Shown here one piece after another: positions 23,501 through 32,200 of a stretch of 64,000 bases of DNA (its first letter is position 1; every line of letters begins with the position of its first letter). The position numbers and the translations under genes are program-made. The notes beneath the pieces were generated by a model. It did no database searches. It saw only the letters and a program-made list of their open reading frames with translations, and was not told the origin of the DNA. Origin of the DNA: Podarcis tiliguerta (lineage: Eukaryota); the NCBI GenBank assembly GCA_965153285.1, contig OZ229119.1. One strand, 5' to 3'.

Positions 23501-25019
23501 GGTGTGGTTAGCGGCCCACGCAGTGCCGACAAGATCCTTAGCTAAGAAGAAACTCGGACATAAGCAGCTAGGACCTTACCTAGTTGAGGCACAGATCAAT
23601 CCGGTGGCCTTCCGGTTGACACTTCCGGAAGGATCCAGAATGCACCCAGTATTCCATAGGTCGGTGCTCACGCCCTACAAAGCACCTCACCGATTTCAGG
23701 CGCAGGGCACGGCATCAGACCAGTATAAGGAGATCCCCCCAAGGAGGGAGTCGCCAAGAAGGGAACCCATCAACCAGGTCACAGAGATTTTGGACTCGAG
23801 ATGGGGGGAAGAGGGAGTAGAATATTTTCTCGCAAGGGAAGGTACCCCGGCCAGCGCCAACAGTTGGGTGCCGGACTATGCCCTGGACGAGCCTCTCCTC
23901 AAAGAGGAGTTTCATGCCTTGTTCCCACACAGGCCCATGCCAGCCGAGTATTTCGACGACTGGCTTTTCACACCCACGCTTTCTACCAGCACGTTCCAGG
24001 GATTCACCTCGGACGAAGAACCAACTTTAGAAACACGTTCACCGGAGGGCTCGCCCTCGGGGTTTGCCTCAGACCGCTCCTTTTGGTGGGACAATCGAGG
24101 AGAGGAGAGGTGGCTGAGGGGCCCTTGGCAGGCAACGGACCCAGAGGGGAACGAGGGTGAGAGGGACATGGACGTGATGGGGGAGGACGTTGGGTTCGAG
24201 CATGGCGGCACGGAGATGGAAGCAGAGGAGAACGAGGTCGGCGACGACATGGAGGACGAGCCGGATTTCTCTAACTGGATGCACGCCACGGGGGACGAAC
24301 TGTATCCACCATTCACCCCCACAACGACGGAGCACCCAGCACCCCCGCCGGAGGAAGGGGAGGGGGGAAGGGGGGGCTTCGAGGGGGGGATGGATGTCAG
24401 GGGTTCAGGAGCAGAGTCACAGGAGAGGGAAGAAACGGAGAGCGAGGGGGAGGAGTCGGAAGGAAATGTCAGCGGCGACAGTAGTCCGAGGTCTCTGAGC
24501 CTCTCCAGTGACTCGGAGGATTCACAGAAAGGGGCCCCCATGGTCAGGGCAAGGGGAGTGCCCAGGGGGACACCTCGGGAAGGAGGGGACTCAGAGAGTA
24601 GCAGCTGGAAATCCGGGCCAGCGTCCCCCCCAGAGTGCAGTAGGGGGGAGGAGTCCAAGGCATCGGGATCAGGGAGCGCGCAGGCAGAGGGAGAACGTGA
24701 GGCAGGACTGACCACACCCTCGTCAGGGAGCGAGGAAACGGTCATCCGGAAAGTAAAACGCGCACGCGCGCCAAGTTCAAATGTACAGGAGGGCGGCAAG
24801 GTGGGCAGCCCGGGTAGGGAGCCAGGTCCTAAAGCCCGCCGAAGAGAGGGGGAGGAGTCAGAGGGGTCAAGCTCTGCGTCGGAAGAGTCCAGGAGGAATG
24901 AGACCCCGGGGGGTAGTAAGACCCAGAGGAAGAGAGAGAGAAGGAAGAGGTGGAGTAAGATTAGAGTATTAAACTGGTGCACAGGGGGTGGAGATCCAGA
25001 CAGAGCTTCGCCGGTCTAA
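20472..25019 (+). CDS. pol: Pol in the -1 frame relative to gag: protease, RT, RNase H, integrase, chromodomain and a long disordered tail. Predicted Gag-Pol is about 1856 aa.
   Basis: Protease IDSGS (about 20640); RT LDLRGAY, MPFGL and FLDD (21591-21602); RNase H TDASD/RELLAI/TDHKNL/ADALSR; integrase HHCC (HDAPTAGH..CDTC), D-D-E (LDF, SDRG, QAERVN) and GPY; chromodomain at about 23775-23915. The start is placed at the inferred frameshift site, not at the track's GTG at 20349. Confidence 0.95.
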   Translation, partial: RRSLAGGRGTGVQPDKSMKQSPALLQPTDPLPPKPVVQLTASLQLPNGRTLEVPITIDSGSNADFIGLEFIQQHNIPLLPATLPLNVVTVDGRDLLGGQVVQQTQPMVMRIGNHREVISFNVTHLSDTPVVLGMSWLHRHSPALAWYQRQLTFGSSYCAEHCILPSPEEGGDDPQLQLGTLQAVPRKYAAFLEVFCEKEADKLPPHRPYDCKIDLLPGATLPAGKLYSMSEDELQELKEFIDLNLKRGFIRESKAAGGSPVFFVKKRDTPQKRLVVDFRLLNSKTKPAAFPMPKIDDLLATARKGRVFTKLDLRGAYNLIRIREGDEWKTAMFTPLGTYEYRVMPFGLQNGAHCFQAFMHHVLAGLLYKTCVCFLDDILIFSESEETHERDVKEVLQRLQEHRLYAKLEKCQFDRKEVDFLGYKLSDKGLAMDSAKVRAVLDWKSPRNRKEVQRFVGFANFYRKFIKGFAMQTAAITDTLSSKKKKFIWTEQAEQSFQNLKRLFSSEGQLLHVNPSKPLRVETDASDRAVGAVLLQEDPHGDWRPCAFYSRKLSKSEQNYTIWDRELLAIHAAFKAWRHFLVGAKHTVQVRTDHKNLEYWRTARFLNQRHIRWAEFFADFDFRIEYIPGDNNIMADALSRKPQYLEEAAPAAAKHIFAPKAWACAAATVDLEAVRRALQGDPFAQAKMEEVHKGTVKDDEFQVRDGLLIRRGALYVPGDDLRAKVLQQLHDAPTAGHFGKEKTADLVARDFWWPKMRGEVAEYVSRCDTCQRAKSVHKPPAGLLEPLQTPSEPWERVALDFVTDLPSSRGKTAVLVVVDMFTKMAHFIPCAKVATAEQTAKLFIDHVFRVHGLPRSILSDRGRQFISSFWQKLMGFLNVKINLASARHPQTNGQAERVNAVMQQYLRCYANQQPTTWVDYLPLAEFAYNNTKHVSTGVTPFFANNGRHPRTFPGLERLGEGEPQAAEVLAAELQEVHEQLRRQLELAKHAYKLQADKHRRVGEDIQVGDWVWLAAHAVPTRSLAKKKLGHKQLGPYLVEAQINPVAFRLTLPEGSRMHPVFHRSVLTPYKAPHRFQAQGTASDQYKEIPPRRESPRREPINQVTEILDSRWGEEGVEYFLAREGTPASANSWVPDYALDEPLLKEEFHALFPHRPMPAEYFDDWLFTPTLSTSTFQGFTSDEEPTLETRSPEGSPSGFASDRSFWWDNRGEERWLRGPWQATDPEGNEGERDMDVMGEDVGFEHGGTEMEAEENEVGDDMEDEPDFSNWMHATGDELYPPFTPTTTEHPAPPPEEGEGGRGGFEGGMDVRGSGAESQEREETESEGEESEGNVSGDSSPRSLSLSSDSEDSQKGAPMVRARGVPRGTPREGGDSESSSWKSGPASPPECSRGEESKASGSGSAQAEGEREAGLTTPSSGSEETVIRKVKRARAPSSNVQEGGKVGSPGREPGPKARRREGEESEGSSSASEESRRNETPGGSKTQRKRERRKRWSKIRVLNWCTGGGDPDRASPV
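24350..24394 (+). promoter_or_regulatory. Polypurine tract (within the pol reading frame)
   Basis: GGAGGAAGGGGAGGGGGGAAGGGGGGG-cttc-GAGGGGGGGATGGA directly abuts the TG of the 3' LTR. Confidence 0.85.
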
Positions 25020-25145
25020 AGTCCAGACGTAGGGCTGGGACGCTGAGACTTGTAAATGGAGACTATTCTTCAATAAAGACTTTGATACTGTACGATCGGC
25101 TAGCGTTGGTCCTTGGTGAGCTGGGACCCGGAGCCAGCTCTGACA
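24395..25145 (+). repeat. 3' LTR (751 bp), overlapped by the pol ORF up to 25019
   Basis: Direct repeat of the 5' LTR, preceded by a polypurine tract and followed by the TSD ACATG. Confidence 0.97.
25072..25077 (+). terminator. Retrotransposon poly(A) signal in the 3' LTR (copy at 19265-19270 in the 5' LTR)
   Basis: AATAAA about 50 nt after the pol stop, followed by GT-rich sequence. Confidence 0.75.
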
Positions 25146-25794
25146 ACATGCAATGATTTTTTTATTATTATTAATGTGAGAGAGCACTTTGAAAGTGTAT
25201 GGTTCAGAATTCTACCAGAATTCATTTTGTGAAATGTGTAGAGTCCCTGATCCAAGAACTATCTTGTAATACGAGGCAAGCTACATATCAACTTTTAACA
25301 GGGCCCTGGTGCCATTAAAACCAAAAGCAAACCTGCTCCAGGTGTTTAGTGGGATTTAGGATGGAGAAATGGTAGGAGCAAGTGCTCCATCCTTTCAGCA
25401 GCCTCGTCTTTCCTGCTCTGTGGAAGTCCCTTGTTTGGCTCCAGACCCATCCATCCACTGGGTTTCAGAAATCCCCATTCTGAGAGGCAGAAATTTGTAT
25501 TTTGATCAGCTCTCCTCAAGTGAATTTGTAGAAAACATGAATATTCAAAGCAGAGGAAGTGAAGATCAAGAGGTGGCCTGCTGTTCCAAGAACTTCAAAG
25601 TTCCCTCATTGAAACATGCTGCTTCTAAGTGCCTCTTTCAGTCTTTGCTTCTTTTTAGCACTGAATGCTTTTTAGGAATGGAAGCTGGCTGAGCACAGGA
25701 CAAGTTCATCATGTTCCTCTCTGATTCCTCACAGAACCATAAAGAATTAAATGCTGCTTTAGTCACTCAAGAATCTGAAAAAACAAGATCAGGT

Positions 25795-25920
25795 AGATAG
25801 CCGTGTTGGTCTGACACAGTCAAATTAAATAAAAAAAATTGTCCAGGAGCATGAAAGCTTATACTCAGAACAAACCTAGTTGGTCTCTAAGGTGCTACTG
25901 GTCAATTTATTTATTTTGTC
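25795..25920. mobile_element. Penelope-like element remnant
   Basis: TAGCCGTGTTGGTCTG...GTCCAG..GCA..GAAAGCTTATAC..AGAACAAACCTAGTTGGTCTCTAAGGTGCTACTGG with imperfect inverted arms. Resembles squamate Penelope pseudo-LTR fragments (from memory). Confidence 0.45.
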
Positions 25921-28900
25921 TGAAAAAGCAAGTATCTGTTCACAAGGAAACAGTTCAATGAGGCGTTTAGGTGAAAGTACCATATTTCTAAAAGTGTGTG
26001 TAATGGAGCTGTTAAACACTTTGGGCTTGGTCCTGATTCAGGTTGATAAGTCTGTGACTGGTTCTAGTTTAAGCCCGTAAAGCCGTGTTCTCCAGCCCAC
26101 AGCTGCTGCTGGACAGCAACCTTGGCCATTGCCACCAGTCCAAAGCATCTGGGAGACACTAAGTTGGTGAAGGCTGGAATAAAAGTTTGGTAACTGGTTT
26201 CGCACACCTCTGGAACTAGTTTCAGTTCAGTTTTGCTTAAATCTGAGTTGCACAGCTAAGGTGATTTGAAAAGCAGACCAGAAACAAATAGTTGAGTTTA
26301 ACGATAATCAGTAAGCACACAGACAATAAAAATACTTGGATCATTCACAGTGTAATCCTTGAATTTAATGGGACTTACTCCCAGGAAAATGGGCAGAGGA
26401 TTAAGTTTATAAAATGTTTCTTCATTTGTTTCCTGCATAACACACGGACTCTGCTAGAGGCAATCTTGGCTTCTTTGCCCTTTCTCTGCTGTTTGTGCAA
26501 TTGTGAGCTAAGGCACTGTTTGGTTTGGCATATTGTCTGAACCAAGAATGGAAGGACCTGCCAAATTGACTTCTCTCAGCTTCTCATTTGTCCAATCTTA
26601 AAATCCATTATCAACAATTTGCAGCAATTGGTGACTGTTCCAAGATGGCGGCGCATTCATATGCTGCGGCTCTGAGCTCCCAATGTGTAATCTCACTGTA
26701 TACAAGTTGTACAAGTGATAATAAAGTATTTCAATATTATTATTATTTAAACTCTCATGAAAATTCATCAGCATTGTAGTGTGAATTTAGTGTGCAGTTT
26801 TGGTTAATGTACACATTTTTGCACATTTCCCCCCTATTGTAATGCATTTTGTTTGTTATTTTCACCAGTATATTCCTTTTAATGCACACATATGTATGTT
26901 TGTAAACATTATTTGGTGAACTGCTTAATAAAATTTGGATGAATGTGACTTTTGAAGGATAGCTGTGCTTCTGTTTACACATTCTTTCAGAAAGTCTGGA
27001 TTTTCTTAGATTTAGCTTCAAATGAGACCTGAATTGAATTTCTTCCCCATCTGTAGTGTGAACCCAGGCATGTGATTTCTCTTGCTCCAGACAAACCATA
27101 AACCGTAACCAAGGCTCTTTCTATGGTTTACAGCTCAGGATTTGCCTGAAGGAGACAAACTGTGAGGTTGGGTTTGGGTGGCAGCAGAAAGGCCAGCAAA
27201 AGAGTATAGGGGCTGCAATCGTCTCTCCAGGAACTCACCTGCTTTTGCTTTTGCACAAAATAATGGTTTGGCTGAGTCTTAGGAGTGAACTAGCACCCTG
27301 AGTTTCTGCAGCGCTTTGTTGTGCTTTTCTGCCCTTGAAGACTGCAGGGTGCAAGACAACTTTCAGAACAGATGAAATTTAAAGTGCAGTCTTCATGAAA
27401 TATTTTAACTCTTGTTCTGAGCTGGTTCCTGATTTTGGGTGGAGGGGTATTCCAGATCAGATACGGTGGAGATTTGCAAATAATGGTTCTAACTGAGGGA
27501 AAAATAAACTACGGCTCTAGTTCCTGTTAGCATTAACTGTATAGTTTGCTGTCTTGTATGGCTGGGCTGGAGTTATTGCAGTGCTATTACCAGGCAAATC
27601 TGAACTAGAAGTCCAGAGGCCATTTCCAGTCCAATGAATTATCTAGAGTCTAGAGACTTCATTCCCACTGCATTGCGTGACACAAATATGACCCCCCCCC
27701 CAACCTGAAAAGAGAGGAAATGCTATAAAATAACTTGAGATGATACTTTTACTTTTCTTCATTTGGCTGCCCACCAAGGAAAGTTATTCAACAGCAAACC
27801 ATGTAGACATAACATCCGGCCCTGATCCTAAAGCCCCTGCTGCTAACACGATGGGAGACTTAATGATAATAATAATACGCATCTGTGATGCAGAGTTTGT
27901 TTTCCATCCTGCAGAATGAATTTAAGATGCATGCTTATTTCATGGGTGGAAAAATTCACCGCGTGCTCACATTCACAGAGTGGCAAGTACTGGGAATGAT
28001 GGATGTTTAAAAAATTCAACCACATGCATTTTTTTAAAGGTACTATGGTGCCATGGTTTCCATTTACCTTCTGAGACACCTTCAAGCTTCCAGTCACATT
28101 CCCATCAATTATAATTAGTGAACTTCTCCTTAATTGTTCTATAAGCTGGCCCATTATATACTAAGGACTGTGATCAGCAGCCCTATTCAGGGGCCATAGA
28201 AAACTCCACTGAGGTGATAAGTACACCCCTATTAGAGAGGGATGGAAACACCTGCACTTGTGGAGTATCTCCATATGATGTAGATCCTGGAAACCCTGGA
28301 AAACCAGAGTTCTACATCCCACCTCCACAAGCAGAGGCAGGCTTCCCATTTCAGACATTCACTCATCAACTTGCACAGGGCCAAGGGCACAGGATAGAGG
28401 CAGGGGGAGGCAATGCTAACATGCTGGTCCTCATATGCGAGAAATTTCCACATTTCTATAATACCTGAATAGGGCTAGTGAGTTTCTCCCCCACCTCCTG
28501 TTGTATCGTGATGTAGTGCCCTTCCTTTTTCCTAGTATTCACATGAATTTCAGCTGCTTGTCATCAATATGAAATCTAGGAATTAGATGCATTAGGGGGG
28601 TGAAGGCTTTCCATGTTTTTCATGTTGAAATGTGCATATTGAGCAGCCAAAATGTGATTTGTGATTATCCTCATTTTACATATATATATATTAAAGGAAA
28701 CAAAATTAAGGTGATGATGTTCAGCAGTGGAGAACTGTTTGACAAACAGATATGCCTCAATCTCCCTGGGACACACAGCAGTCTTGGCAGGAAGCTGCGC
28801 AGCAAGTCCAGGTGGCCTTTTTTTTTGTAAGGCTCCAGGGAGCTGTGTGGCCCCTGAGTTTGCCCACGAGGTCAAGGCTCAGGAATATTCCTGAGCCCGG

Positions 28901-29091
28901 GGGGAAAGCTTGGGGCTTTTACACGAAGGACTTGAAATGTGTTAGGTGAAAAAACAATAAACATGTTGAGGGAGTTACCAGAAACACATGGAAAGCGGCT
29001 GTATTTGTAAATAACAGATTGAAACTATATATATATAGTTAATCCTAATACAGTGGTATTAGGTACCTCAGGTTACACTGTAATCCTAATA

Positions 29092-29299
29092 CAGTGGTAT
29101 TAGGTACCTCAGGTTACATACGCTTCAGGTTACAGACTCCGCTAACCCAGAAATAGTACCTGAGAACAGAAATTGTGCTCCGGCGGCGCAGTGGCAGCAG
29201 GAGGCCCCATTAGCTAAAGTGGTGCTTCAGGTTAAGAACAGTTTCAGGTTAAGAACGGACCTCCGGAACGAATTAAGTACTTTGCCCGAGGTACCACTG
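29092..29299. mobile_element. Tc1/mariner-type non-autonomous element (MITE)
   Basis: TA|CAGTGGTA...GAGGTACCACTG|TA terminal inverted repeats with TA duplication and internal CAGGTTA repeats. A homologous copy lies at 59411-59652. Confidence 0.8.
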
Positions 29300-32200
29300 T
29301 ACATACAGTGAAGTGCCAGCATTTGAGAAAAATTCATCAGCATTTGAGAAAAATTAACCCAAAGTACCACTGTATATATTATATATATATATATACACCC
29401 AGCAGGTTTAAGATCAGAGTCAAAGCTATCTTACATTTGCTCAAGCCCCACAAAGCCAGGAAAGTGGAAGCGAAGGCAGCAGCTTTAACAGACCTGCGCC
29501 ATGATCCACAATGTCAAAAATGGTGCTTGCTTACAACTTGCCCTCCACGCCCCCCACTTTTCCCTGGTCTTTTAGGCCCAAATCCAGATGGGGAGGAGGG
29601 AGTGTCAGGGACCATCAGAGATGCCCCACATTGTCCTGCTCCTGTATTGCCTTAGGAGGCATCTGAGCCTGACAATATTCTTAGAGCAGACTGTGGGCAC
29701 ATTTGCAAACTGGAGAAATTGTGGGCAGCCCCACAATCAAGCACACACACGAACAATTCTATTAGCTAAAATGGAATGCTTCTTGCCAGACTCATTTCAG
29801 GGAGGGGAATATCCCAATTTTCCTTAGGACACCCCTATTTTCATTGGAGAAATGTTGGAGGGTATAGAGTTATGCAACCCCCGAGCCAAGGAGATAAGTA
29901 ACTATGCAACCTTTAGAAGACATCTGAAGGCAGCTCGGTTTTTAATGTTTAATGTTCTATTATGTTTTTATATATATTGGAAGCTGCCCAGAGTATCTGG
30001 GACTACCCAGTCAGATGAGCAGGGTATAAATAATAAAAGGATGATGGTTGTGGAATAGGACGTCCCTATTTTCCTCGGAGAAATATTGGAGGGTGTGTCC
30101 TGCCTCCACAGTTGGAGGCAGCGATGCTGCTGAGTGACAGTTGCTGGGAGCCACAACAGGGGGGAGTGCTGCTCTTGTGCTCATGTTCTGCTTGCAGTTT
30201 CTCATCTGTTCTGCCCCTGTGAGAACAGGACACTGGACTAGATGGGCCATTGACCCGATCCAGCTTGCTATTCTTAGGTTTTTATGTTCCAACCAGCTAC
30301 CCCACCAGAAAGAGAAAGAGGGAGAGAAACATGTTGATATGCGGGAAAAACTTAAAAGGTGGGTCTTGTGAGCAGGTGGAGGTGAAAGATGGCTCAACGG
30401 CCAGTCGAGGTTGACATGTGCAGCTGGTCTTCTCTCTTACACCCTTGTAAGAGGCTGTGGCTGCCCCTGGTGCATGGTGACTCTTGTGCACAGGTTTGAC
30501 CCAGGGCAGATCTAGCATAGAACTGAATAGCTTGAGTAATTCGTTTTTTCACATTTAGTCAACTGAATGGCTGAACTAGTGCAGATGGGGCATCAAGTTT
30601 GTGTGTGTGTGCTCAGAAGCCAGGGAACGAATTCCTGCTGCAGGCCAATGGCTTGTTTGCTTTTTTTTACCTGAATAAAGTGGTTACCATGGAAATAGGC
30701 TCTCATGGCATGTTTTTTCACCTCTTGAAGTCCAGCAAATCCCACAAGTAAAAGGCAAGACAGATTTGTTTGTAAGTGGAGAATGGGCAGGGCTGAGGGA
30801 TAGTGGAGAAAAATATACAACAAATAATTTCTTGCTTTTTTAAAGAGTTGCAGGAGGTAAATTTAGCTCAGTATTTACTGCTTTCTGAGATACTTTACTC
30901 ACATTGAGCCTTGTTTCTAAAGGGATTATTCATGAATAAGGATGGGCAGGTCTGTAAATTTAGTTTTGCTACATTCTGCATCAGATTTTTTTTTAACCCT
31001 CTCAAAAGTTCATCAGCCTTTTAGTGTGCATTCGTCTAAACTTTGTATGCAAGTTGGCCTAATATGTACATTTTGGGATACAATTTTGCTTAATATAATG
31101 CACTTTACTATGTCATATTACTAATATGTGGATTCTTATGCACACATTCCCCTGATATGCATCTTTTTGTACACATGTTTTGGTTGGAGAACTGCATCAC
31201 AAAATGTAGAGAAGTGTAAATTCAGGATCGCAGATAGTTTTGGAAAGCCAAATTTCTCCCTTATCCCTGCTCATGAGTAGAAATGCCTAGCCCATAGCAC
31301 ACCTTCTCCTGGCAGTGTAGCACCTAATGGCGTGCTATGTTTGTGTCTGTAGGGCATTTTTCATCAAACTTTGCCAGTTGTGGGACTGTGATCTACCCTT
31401 TCATTATCATAATCTTGTTGCCATTGGAAGGTACCTATTATTCAGTCAGACTTAGGGGAGAAGCTGAGAAATTGAAACAGTGAGTACGTATATGACTGTG
31501 AATGTGAGATGACAAAGTCCACTGCATGCTTTTTAGTATGTCTTAAGATCACACAGTATTTATTTTCTTTCTTCATTCATTCTTTTATATTGCCCTGTGA
31601 CTACCAGATGAAGGCCATCAAGATATAGAAATGATGACGGTGATGATGATGATGATTGTAGGGACATTTTTCATGGCTGGTGGCCATTTGCACTGAAATT
31701 TGTCACTTTAGTTTTCTGCTGTATTTTAAATTGTTATATGGTACTGAAATGATTACTTGTTTGTACAGTTGTCTGGAGCTGGAGTAAAGCTTTCTAGAAT
31801 TTTCTAGAATGTTTAAACATCATTTTGCTTTTAATCAGTTAATTGATCAGTGACCAGCTTTAAATAAAAAGATGTCTCAATGAAGCTGAGGATTTTAGCA
31901 TCCCAGACGAAGCTAACAATCTCTTCTGTTGACTGATTTACAAAGATAAATAACTGCAAATGCCTTTGGTGCTATTTTTAAATCTAGCTATATAAATCAA
32001 GAGACAACCAGCAGCTCCACTGAAATCCATGGAAATGTCAGGAAAACAAACGCAGATGTCAGTTTGCAGTGAAGCAGTCAGGATGAGAAAGGACAGGTAG
32101 ATCTGCAAGCTGTTGGAGGATAGCGGATTTTTTCTTCTTTCTCTCTTTTGTCTCTCTGTGTGGGAAGGGGGTATTTTGTTTAGAAATGAGGCATGGCACT

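Larger units (their letters stand above)
18588..25145 (+). mobile_element. Full-length intact Ty3/Gypsy LTR retrotransposon (chromovirus, Tf1/sushi group), antisense in GRM3 intron 3
   Basis: Two 751-bp LTRs (TGTCAG...CTGACA). 5-bp TSD ACATG at 18583-18587 and 25146-25150. Uninterrupted gag and pol in the order PR-RT-RH-IN-chromodomain, no env. CpG-rich relative to the flanks. Confidence 0.98.

Noticed and set aside
23912-24982. 356-aa antisense ORF (and its 200-aa copy at 18573-19175) with a hydrophobic, signal-like N-terminus
   Set aside because: It starts at GTG. The L/S/P/F richness and lack of stops are expected for the complement of a purine-rich coding strand. No domain is recognisable and it is not env-like.
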